From positions 1 through 32,926 of the forward strand of contig UYFQ01000448.1 of assembly GCA_900617105.1 (NCBI GenBank): 32,926 bases of DNA, written 5' to 3'. Position numbers and translations under genes: made by a program. The DNA comes from Hydrurus foetidus (taxonomy: Eukaryota). Under the pieces are notes generated by a model. The model did no database searches and had not been told where the DNA came from. It saw only the letters and a program-made list of their open reading frames with translations. Below are positions 1 through 10,719 of this stretch, one piece after another. Within the stretch, counting starts at the first letter, position 1. Each line of letters begins with the position of its first letter.

Positions 1-1158
1 AATGCTCTGAAGAGCTTCTATTGTCCAAGTTATTTTTTTGTACTTATTGTAGTTAAGAAGCAACTGATGTAACGGGTATACAACAGTAGATGCATTTCTT
101 ACAAAGTCATGAATATAATTAACCAATCCTAAAAAACTTTTGAGTTGTTTAGATAGTAGTGGTTTAGGAAAATCTAAGACAGTCCGTATTTTTTTTGTGA
201 CATTCTAAGTCCATCGGCTGATAGAACTTTGCCAACATAGTCAATTTCGGCGTAGCCTAGATAACATTTATTCGGTTAAAGGAATATTTTGTGTTTTCTA
301 AAGCGTTCAAAAACAAGACGAAGTCTAGAAATGAGTTCATCAATGTCTTTACCGAAAACATTGAAGTCATCAATATACATTTCGCATATGGAGTATATCA
401 ACCCTGCTAACACAACAGTCGACATGATCTGTTGGAAGTAGGAAGGAGCTTGTTTTGGCCCAAAGGGTAACGAGTAAATTGATATACACCGCAGAAAAGT
501 ATGAATGCAGTATAAGCGCGCGCAGCAAGTGTAAGTGGTGCTTGATGATAACCTTGAGTGAGGTCAAGTATAGCAAATAGTTTTGCTTTATGTGCACCTA
601 TTCGTCGCAACATCTCACCAATGTGGGGAATAGGATGTGATTTATCTTCGGTACAGTTATTGAGATTCCGAAAATCTATACACATGCGCTTAGTTCCATC
701 AGACTTTGGAACTAACCAAACTTGGCTATAATAAGCCGCATTTGATTTTTCAACAATCCCTTGCATTTTAAGTTTGGTAATTCGACTATGAATATCAGAT
801 TGATCAACTGTTGATTTAGACCATGGAGGTTGTCGATTTTTAGTGACTTTCCATTGGTCGTCATTGACATTAAAGTCAAATGGTGGAATATCAGCAGGAG
901 TGTGAGAAAGTTCACTGCTGAATATATCCTCAAATTCGTGTACAAGTAAACGAATTTATTTTTCTGATCTTCATCACCTGCTATATGTGCTAGCGAAAGT
1001 GGATCTGTATCAGGGAATTCATCTATCCAAGGTGAAAACGAGTCCTTGATCGAGTCGTCGACTTCATCCTCATCAGGAAGCACTGCTCCAAAAAGTCTTT
1101 CAGACTCTTGAATTAGCGATGCTAGAATAACATGTGTTTGAGTGACTGCCGGTTTCAC
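1..1158 (-). pseudogene. pol: Gypsy pol, reverse transcriptase region, with frameshifts and an in-frame stop
   Basis: RT motifs are split across frames (ORFs 712-1158 and 407-766, plus an unannotated frame below ~460 with YIDDFNVFG). In-frame TAA at ~276 (KIFL*PNKCYLG). Confidence 0.9.
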
Positions 1159-3118
1159 CTTTTGGGTTAAAGGATTTCACCGGGGAGCCGTCGGAGGGTT
1201 GCAACTTCTCCTTAGGCTGACAGCCACACGTTATATCCACTTGCTCAGAAGATAAAACTTCCACTAACAGGATTGTGCTTGACGAAGCATTGGCAGATAT
1301 TTGATCGGGGAATCGTGAAAACAAATTCAATTCGCGAATTGTTTTTCGTCCCACTATTAGATCAAATTTCGAATCGTTTAAAACACAAGCCGTGATTGGA
1401 AGAGTATAATAATTATTTAAATCAGGGCAAAAATAAGAAAGAGTTAAGTCTATAGTGTCAGAAATATCATAACAATGATTATCTAATCCACTACAAATTT
1501 TACACAGTTTCTTTGAAGAGTTAGAAACGAATTGTGTGAAATTACGGTTAATTATAATGCTGCGGTGTATAAAGTTGCCAGCAAAGGAGCCGGTGTCCAG
1601 GAGAGTAAAAACTCTATTACTTTTTTCCAGCATAAGTTCCTGTGAGAGAGGAGAAATGAAGAGAGGAATAAGTTCTGGATCATCGGAAAGAATAGATAAT
1701 GAATTGAGGTTGCAAAGTTGCCCACCTTTGTGTTTCTTCGTAGCGTGTGTCGAGTCTGCTGTTGAAGTAGCAGGTTTTGACGAGGAAGAGGAGGAGGAAG
1801 ATGAAGAAGAAGAAGATGAAGAGGTTGTCTTAGGCAAAGTTGGAATGAACTTAGCCTCTGGATCAACTTTCAACAACTGCTTATGACCCTCAGAGTTGAT
1901 GTAGGGTGTCTGAGTACTGTTAAAGTACGGAGACGAAGCGTAGAAACACGTGGCGACGAGATGGCCAAGTCTCCCACAACCTGCGTACAGAGGTCTTTCA
2001 TATTTGTCAGACTTGTCTGAGTGCACAGATTGCTCGTCCTCTCGTGGACGTTTTTTGATTTTGTCCTGAGAGGAACGAGGAGGGGCTTTGATTTGGCGAG
2101 AATGATCATCATACAAAGGAGAGACATAAATGAACCGTAAGGCATCAATTGATTCTCGTAGCTTAGCAAGCTGCGCAAGCGATACGAATCGATAGTCTTC
2201 GATTATAATGAGTCTTGGCGTTGTATTGTTAAGACTACGCTGTAACACTGCTCTCCAATTGATAGGTTCGACTGGCAACTTATCGATGGGAATTTTAGTT
2301 GCCTGAAGTTGGAGAACGGGTGTTTCATCAGGGAATCCTTCAACAATATCAGCTAGAAGCTGATCTGTCTTGTCTTCCACTGATTTGTTCTTTGGGTCGA
2401 ATTGAACTGCGACCTGAGAGACAGTTTCAATGAAAGTTAGTCTGTCAGTTCGATTGACAGCTGATGTAGGAACTGTGATATTGAGTTCTCTACAGAACAA
2501 TTGATTCGTCCAATGTTTCCAATCGTTACAGGAGTCGCGACGATCGGAATCAGTCGCGAATTTACGCTTGAGAAGCGTTGTAAACGATTGGTGGTTGGAA
2601 ACATGGACTACATCAATAGGTTTAAATGGAGTTCCATTTGAAAGGAGAACTTCCATTACCCGTAGTACTTCCTGACGAGAGGGCACGGCACTCAACTTAG
2701 GAGCTCTCTCACCCGTCTGCACATATTGCTGGGGTGGCGCCATCGTCCTTGGAATAGGATTCTCAGCCGAAGCTGGGGTCGCAGTTGAATCTGGTATCGC
2801 AGCCGCAGCTGGTATCTCAGCCAAAGCTGGTATCGCAGCCGAAGCTGGTTGCAATGATAGGACAGACTAAGCAGAAATGACAGGGACATCAACGGCAGAC
2901 ATAACCGCAGGCTCCGAATTTCGCTGAGGAATCGGGGCAGACAGGTCGCCGGCGGGGTCCTGTGCCGCAAGTGGCACAGGAGACTCTAAATCTCCGCCGC
3001 GGTTGTGGTGCTCATCATAACGTTGCCGAGCCGCGACGGCAACAGCTCTAGGAGGCTGCTGTTGTCGTCGTAGGGCATTGATGGAGCTGGCCTTTTTCTC
3101 CTGGCGACGCACAGCCAT
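1100..3118 (-). pseudogene. gag: Gypsy gag-protease, interrupted by one in-frame TAG at 2867-2869
   Basis: ORFs 2867-3118 (ATG start) and 1100-2854 are in the same frame, 4 codons apart. Contains a degenerate knuckle YAGCGRLGHLVATC (first Cys replaced by Tyr), a poly-Ser linker and the aspartic protease motif LLDTGS. Confidence 0.85.
2764..2848 (-). repeat. 18-bp coding minisatellite in gag (PASAAI/PALAEI/PAAAAI/PDSTAT/PASAEN), present in every array unit
   Basis: About 5 imperfect copies of cagccgaagctggtatcg. Confidence 0.8.
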
Positions 3119-3228
3119 AACTTTGACGTGAGGGGGAATGTTGGAAGGAGACGAAGGTAACAGTCGAATAGAGAAAGAAAATTTCTCGGAGGAAACTTCG
3201 GTGAAGACCGAATATCGATATTATGGCC

Positions 3229-3517
3229 TGTAGCGGGGCCTAGGATGGAGGACGGAGGACGGAGGACGGAGGACGGAGGACGGAGGACGGAGGTTGGAGG
3301 TTGGAGAGCGAAGGCGTGGGACAAGGGAAGACGTCGTTAGGAGAGTAAACGTTGTGACTATAGCTTACAGTCAAAGGATAGGTGATGTACAGTCTCCTAA
3401 CAGGGCGGGAGATCTATGTGGAATTAAGACCTGAAAGTGGAATCTGGGCGTATTGTACCTATTGTACCTAGTTAACCTAGACACATTGTATCCCCCTAGA
3501 GATGCAATAAGGCTACA
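3229..3517 (-). repeat. Gypsy LTR, copy 1 (others: 4261-4548, 5292-5587, 6331-6619, 7363-7630, 8374-8641, 9385-9687, 10431-10719)
   Basis: Termini TGTAGC...GCTACA form a 6-bp inverted repeat. The outer end coincides with the point where the Copia A RT frame is interrupted (CAA TCA CGT AT|TGTAGC). Confidence 0.85.
3247..3302. repeat. (GGAGGAC)n heptamer VNTR inside the Gypsy LTR
   Basis: 8, 8, 9, 8, 5, 5, 10 and 8 heptamers in units 1-8, including GGAGGTT/GGAGGAT variants. This accounts for nearly all unit length differences. Confidence 0.93.
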
Positions 3518-6500
3518 ATACGTGATTGATCCATGTAGTAGTTGAAGTTTTCATCGCATGTGATGCGGATGCCGACGAACTCCTTGGAGGTCGCGTCGGT
3601 GACTTCGTACTTGTGGGAGTTGAATGTAGCGATGAGGAGATCCCATTCGCTAATGAGTGCAAGTGGTCCAAACCATCAGAACTTCCATTACCCGTAGTAC
3701 TTCCTGACGAGAGGGCACGGCACTCAACTTAGGAGCTCTCTCACCCGTCTGCACATATTGCTGGGGTGGCGCCATCGTCCTTGGAATAGGATTCTCAGCC
3801 GAAGCTGGGGTCGCAGTTGAATCTGGTATCGCAGCCGCAGCTGGTATCTCAGCCAAAGCTGGTATCGCAGCCGAAGCTGGTTGCAATGATAGGACAGACT
3901 AAGCAGAAATGACAGGGACATCAACGGCAGACATAACCGCAGGCTCCGAATTTCGCTGAGGAATCGGGGCAGACAGGTCGCCGGCGGGGTCCTGTGCCGC
4001 AAGTGGCACAGGAGACTCTAAATCTCCGCCGCGGTTGTGGTGCTCATCATAACGTTGCCGAGCCGCGACGGCAACAGCTCTAGGAGGCTGCTGTTGTCGT
4101 CGTAGGGCATTGATGGAGCTGGCCTTTTTCTCCTGGCGACGCACAGCCATAACTTTGACGTGAGGGGGAATGTTGGAAGGAGACGAAGGTAACAGTCGAA
4201 TAGAGAAAGAAAATTTCTCGGAGGAAACTTCGGTGAAGACCGAATATCGATATTATGGCCTGTAGCGGGGCCTAGGATGGAGGACGGAGGACGGAGGACG
4301 GAGGACGGAGGACGGAGGACGGAGGACGGAGGTTGGAGAGCGAAGGTGTGGGACAAGGGAAGACGTCGTTAGGAGAGTAAACGTTGTGACTATAGGTTAC
4401 AGTCAAAGGATAGGTGATGTACAGTCTCCTAACAGGGCGGGAGATCTATGTGGAATTAAGACCTGAAAGTGGAATCTGGGCGTATTGTACCTATTGTACC
4501 TAGTTAACCTAGACACATTGTATCCCCTAGAGATGCAATAAGGCTACAATACGTGATTGATCCATGTAGTAGTTGAAGTTTTCATCGCATGTGATGCGGA
4601 TGCCGACGAACTCCTTGGAGGTCGCGTCGGTGACTTCGTACTTGTGGGAGTTGAATGTAGCGATGAGGAGATCCCATTCGCTAATGAGTGCAAGTGGTCC
4701 AAACCATCAGAACTTCCATTACCCGTAGTACTTCCTGACGAGAGGGCACGGCGCTCAACTTAGGAGCTCTCTCACCCGTCTGCACATATTGCTGGGGTGG
4801 CGCCATCGTCCTTGGAATAGGATTCTCAGCCGAAGCTGGGGTCGCAGTTGAATCTGGTATCGCAGCCGCAGCTGGTATCTCAGCCAAAGCTGGTATCGCA
4901 GCCGAAGCTGGTTGCAATGATAGGGCAGACTAAGCAGAAATGACAGGGACATCAACGGCAGACATAACCGCAGGCTCCGAATTTCGCTGAGGAATCGGTG
5001 CAGACAGGTCGCCGGCGGGGTCCTGTGCCGCAAGTGGCACAGGAGACTCTAAATCTCCGCCGCGGTTGTGGTGCTCATCATAACGTTGCCGAGCCGCGAC
5101 GGCAACAGCTCTAGGAGGCTGCTGTTGTCGTCGTAGGGCATTGATGGAGCTGGCCTTTTTCTCCTGGCGACGCACAGCCATAACTTTGACGTGAGGGGGA
5201 ATGTTGGAAGGAGACGAAGGTAACAGTCGAATAGAGAAAGAAAATTTCTTGGAGGAAACTTCGGTGAAGACCGAATATCGATATTATGGCCTGAAGCGGG
5301 GCCTAGGATGGAGGACGGAGGACGGAGGACGGAGGACGGAGGACGGAGGACGGAGGACGGAGGACGGAGGTTGGAGAGCGAAGGTGTGGGACAAGGGAAG
5401 ACGTCGTTAGGAGAGTAAACGTTGTGACTATAGCTTACAGTCAAAGGATAGGTGATGTACAGTCTCCTAACAGGGCGGGAGATCTATGTGGAATTAAGAC
5501 CTGAAAGTGGAATCTGGGCGTATTGTACCTATTGTACCTAGTTAACCTAGACACATTGTATCCCCCTAGAGATGCAATAAGGCTACAATACGTGATTGAT
5601 CCATGTAGTAGTTGAAGTTTTCATCGCATGTGATGCGGATGCCGACGAACTCCTTGGAGGTCGCGTCGGTGACTTCGTACTTGTGGGAGTTGAATGTAGC
5701 GATGAGGAGATCCCATTCGCTAATGAGTGCAAGTGGTCCAAACCATCAGAACTTCCATTACCCGTAGTACTTCCTGACGAGAGGGCACGGCACTCAACTT
5801 AGGAGCTCTCTCACCCGTCTGCACATATTGCTGGGGTGGCGCCATCGTCCTTGGAATAGGATTCTCAGCCGAAGCTGGGGTCGCAGTTGAATCTGGTATC
5901 GCAGCCGCAGCTGGTATCTCAGCCAAAGCTGGTATCGCAGCCGAAGCTGGTTGCAATGATAGGACAGACTAAGCAGAAATGACAGGGACATCAACGGCAG
6001 ACATAACCGCAGGCTCCGAATTTCGCTGAGGAATCGGGGCAGACAGGTCGCCGGCGGGGTCCTGTGCCGCAAGTGGCACAGGAGACTCTAAATCTCCGCC
6101 GCGGTTGTGGTGCTCATCATAACGTTGCCGAGCCGCGACGGCAACAGCTCTAGGAGGCTGCTGTTGTCGTCGTAGGGCATTGATGGAGCTGGCCTTTTTC
6201 TCCTGGCGACGCACAGCCATAACTTTGACGTGAGGGGGAATGTTGGAAGGAGACGAAGGTAACAGTCGAATAGAGAAAGAAAATTTCTCGGAGGAAACTT
6301 CGGTGAAGACCGAATATCGATATTATGGCCTGAAGCGGGGCCTAGGATGGAGGATGGAGGACGGAGGACGGAGGACGGAGGACGGAGGACGGAGGACGGA
6401 GGTTGGAGAGCGAAGGCGTGGGACAAGGGAAGACGTCGTTAGGAGAGTAAACGTTGTGACTATAGCTTACAGTCAAAGGATAGGTGATGTACAGTCTCCT

Positions 6501-9500
6501 AACAGGGCGGGAGATCTATGTGGAATTAAGACTTGAAAGTGGAATCTGGGCGTATTGTACCTATTGTACCTAGTTAACCTAGACACATTGTACCCCCCTA
6601 GAGATGCAATAAGGCTACAATACGTGATTGATCCATGTAGTAGTTGAAGTTTTCATCGCATGTGATGCGGATGCCGACGAACTCCTTGGAGGTCGCGTCG
6701 GTGACTTCGTACTTGTGGGAGTTGAATGTAGCGATGAGGAGATCCCATTCGCTAATGAGTGCAAGTGGTCCAAACCATCAGAACTTCCATTACCCGTAGT
6801 ACTTCCTGACGAGAGGGCACGGCACTCAACTTAGGAGCTCTCTCACCCGTCTGCACATATTGCTGGGGTGGCGCCATCGTCCTTGGAATAGGATTCTCAG
6901 CCGAAGCTGGGGTCGCAGTTGAATCTGGTATCGCAGCCGCAGCTGGTATCTCAGCCAAAGCTGGTATCGCAGCCGAAGCTGGTTGCAATGATAGGACAGA
7001 CTAAGCAGAAATGACAGGGACATCAACGGCAGACATAACCGCAGGCTCCGAATTTCGCTGAGGAATCGGGGCAGACAGGTCGCCGGCGGGGTCCTGTGCC
7101 GCAAGTGGCACAGGAGACTCTAAATCTCCGCCGCGGTTGTGGTGCTCATCATAACGTTGCCGAGCCGCGACGGCAACAGCTCTAGGAGGCTGCTGTTGTC
7201 GTCGTAGGGCATTGATGGAGCTGGCCTTTTTCTCCTGGCGACGCACAGCCATAACTTTGACGTGAGGGGGAATGTTGGAAGGAGACGAAGGTAACAGTCG
7301 AATAGAGAAAGAAAATTTCTCGGAGGAAACTTCGGTGAAGACCGAATATCGATATTATGGCCTGTAGCGGGGCCTAGGATGGAGGACGGAGGACGGAGGA
7401 CGGAGGACGGAGGACGGAGAGCGAAGGCGTGGGACAAGGGAAGACGTCGTTAGGAGAGTAAACGTTGTGACTATAGGTTACAGTCAAAGGATAGGTGATG
7501 TACAGTCTCCTAACAGGGCGGGAGATCTATGTGGAATTAAGACCTGAAAGTGGAATCTGGGCGTATTGTACCTATTGTACCTAGTTAACCTAGACACATT
7601 GTATCCCCCTAGAGATGCAATAAGGCTACAATACGTGATTGATCCATGTAGTAGTTGAAGTTTTCATCGCATGTGATGCGGATGCCGACGAACTCCTTGG
7701 AGGTCGCGTCGGCGACTTCATACTTGTGGGAGTTGAATGTAGCGATGAGGAGATCCCATTCGCTAATGAGTGCAAGTGGTCCAAACCATCAGAACTTCCA
7801 TTACCCGTAGTACTTCCTGACGAGAGGGCACGGCACTCAACTTAGGAGCTCTCTCACCCGTCTGCACATATTGCTGGGGTGGCGCCATCGTCCTTGGAAT
7901 AGGATTCTCAGCCGAAGCTGGGGTCGCAGTTGAATCTGGTATCGCAGCCGCAGCTGGTATCTCAGCCAAAGCTGGTATCGCAGCCGAAGCTGGTTGCAAT
8001 GATAGGACAGACTAAGCAGAAATGACAGGGACATCAACGGCAGACATAACCGCAGGCTCCGAATTTCGCTGAGGAATCGGGGCAGACAGGTCGCCGGCGG
8101 GGTCCTGTGCCGCAAGTGGCACAGGAGACTCTAAATCTCCGCCGCGGTTGTGGTGCTCATCATAACGTTGCCGAGCCGCGACGGCAACAGCTCTAGGAGG
8201 CTGCTGTTGTCGTCGTAGGGCATTGATGGAGCTGGCCTTTTTCTCCTGGCGACGCACAGCCATAACTTTGACGTGAGGGGGAATGTTGGAAGGAGACGAA
8301 GGTAACAGTCGAATAGAGAAAGAAAATTTCTCGGAGGAAACTTCGGTGAAGACCGAATATCGATATTATGGCCTGAAGCGGGGCCTAGGATGGAGGACGG
8401 AGGACGGAGGACGGAGGACGGAGGACGGAGAGCGAAGGCGTGGGACAAGGGAAGACGTCGTTAGGAGAGTAAACGTTGTGACTATAGGTTACAGTCAAAG
8501 GATAGGTGATGTACAGTCTCCTAACAGGGCGGGAGATCTATGTGGAATTAAGACCTGAAAGTGGAATCTGGGCGTATTGTACCTATTGTACCTAGTTAAC
8601 CTAGTCACATTGTACCCCCCTAGAGATGCAATAAGGCTACAATACGTGATTGATCCATGTAGTAGTTGAAGTTTTCATCGCATGTGATGCGGATGCCGAC
8701 GAACTCCTTGGAGGTCGCGTCGGCGACTTCGTACTTGTGGGAGTTGAATGTAGCGATGAGGAGATCCCATTCGCTAATGAGTGCAAGTGGTCCAAACCAT
8801 CAGAACTTCCATTACCCGTAGTACTTCCTGACGAGAGGGCACGGCACTCAACTTAGGAGCTCTCTCACCCGTCTGCACATATTGCTGGGGTGGCGCCATC
8901 GTCCTTGGAATAGGATTCTCAGCCGAAGCTGGGGTCGCAGTTGAATCTGGTATCGCAGCCGCAGCTGGTATCTCAGCCAAAGCTGGTATCGCAGCCGAAG
9001 CTGGTTGCAATGATAGGACAGACTAAGCAGAAATGACAGGGACATCAACGGCAGACATAACCGCAGGCTCCGAATTTCGCTGAGGAATCGGTGCAGACAG
9101 GTCGCCGGCGGGGTCCTGAGCCGCAAGTGGCACAGGAGACTCTAAATCTCCGCCGCGGTTGTGGTGCTCATCATAACGTTGCCGAGCCGCGACGGCAACA
9201 GCTCTAGGAGGCTGCTGTTGTCGTCGTAGGGCATTGATGGAGCTGGCCTTTTTCTCCTGGCGACGCACAGCCATAACTTTGACGTGAGGGGGAATGTTGG
9301 AAGGAGACGAAGGTAACAGTCGAATAGAGAAAGAAAATTTCTCGGAGGAAACTTCGGTGAAGACCGAATATCGATATTATGGCCTGAAGCGGGGCCTAGG
9401 ATGGAGGACGGAGGACGGAGGACGGAGGACGGAGGACGGAGGACGGAGGACGGAGGACGGAGGACGGAGGTTGGAGAGCGAAGGTGTGGGACAAGGGAAG

Positions 9501-10430
9501 ACGTCGTTAGGAGAGTAAACGTTGTGACTATAGCTTACAGTCAAAGGATAGGTGATGTACAGTCTCCTAACAGGGCGGGAGATCTATGTGGAATTAAGAC
9601 CTGAAAGTGGAATCTGGGCGTATTGTACCTATTGTACCTAGTTAACCTAGACACATTGTATCCCCCTAGAGATGCAATAAGGCTACAATACGTGATTGAT
9701 CCATGTAGTAGTTGAAGTTTTCATCGCATGTGATGCGGATGCCGACGAACTCCTTGGAGGTCGCGCCGGTGACTTCGTACTTGTGGGAGTTGAATGTAGC
9801 GATGAGGAGATCCCATTCGCTAATGAGTGCAAGTGGTCCAAACCATCAGAACTTCCATTACCCGTAGTACTTCCTGACGAGAGGGCACGGCACTCAACTT
9901 AGGAGCTCTCTCACCCGTCTGCACATATTGCTGGGGTGGCGCCATCGTCCTTGGAATAGGATTCTCAGCCGAAGCTGGGGTCGCAGTTGAATCTGGTATC
10001 GCAGCCGCAGCTGGTATCTCAGCCAAAGCTGGTATCGCAGCCGAAGCTGGTTGCAATGATAGGACAGACTAAGCAGAAATGACAGGGACATCAACGGCAG
10101 ACATAACCGCAGGCTCCGAATTTCGCTGAGGAATCGGGGCAGACAGGTCGCCGGCGGGGTCCTGTGCCGCAAGTGGCACAGGAGACTCTAAATCTCCGCC
10201 GCGGTTGTGGTGCTCATCATAACGTTGCCGAGCCGCGACGGCAACAGCTCTAGGAGGCTGCTGTTGTCGTCGTAGGGCATTGATGGAGCTGGCCTTTTTC
10301 TCCTGGCGACGCACAGCCATAACTTTGACGTGAGGGGGAATGTTGGAAGGAGACGAAGGTAACAGTCGAATAGAGAAAGAAAATTTCTCGGAGGAAACTT
10401 CGGTGAAGACCGAATATCGATATTATGGCC

Positions 10431-10719
10431 TGAAGCGGGGCCTAGGATGGAGGACGGAGGACGGAGGACGGAGGACGGAGGACGGAGGACGGAGGACGGA
10501 GGTTGGAGAGCGAAGGTGTGGGACAAGGGAAGACGTCGTTAGGAGAGTAAACGTTGTGACTATAGGTTACAGTCAAAGGATAGGTGATGTACAGTCTCCT
10601 AACAGGGCGGGAGATCTATGTGGAATTAAGGCCTGAAAGTGGAATCTGGGCGTATTGTACCTATTGTACCTAGTTAACCTAGACACATTGTACCCCCCTA
10701 GAGATGCAATAAGGCTACA
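10431..10719 (-). repeat. Outermost Gypsy 5' LTR, at the insertion site in Copia A
   Basis: Contiguous with the uninterrupted Copia A RT from 10720. The flanking ATAC(G) at 10720-10724 is the predicted TSD. Confidence 0.85.

Larger units (their letters stand above)
1..3517 (-). mobile_element. Ty3/Gypsy LTR retrotransposon, degenerate; 3' part runs off the window start (its 5' end is repeated in the array out to 10719)
   Basis: Order on the minus strand is LTR, gag, protease (LLDTGS), RT (RMCIDFRNLN, LDLTQGYHQ, YIDD at ~367-378, KQLKSFLGLVNY). RT directly follows PR, which is the Gypsy order. Confidence 0.93.

Noticed and set aside
1100..1190. Programmed frameshift between Gypsy protease and RT
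   Set aside because: It lies after the protease, has no clean slippery heptamer, and the element carries several other disabling lesions.
1536..1886. Plus-strand acidic 116-aa ORF
   Set aside because: It is the antisense shadow of the poly-Ser linker in gag.
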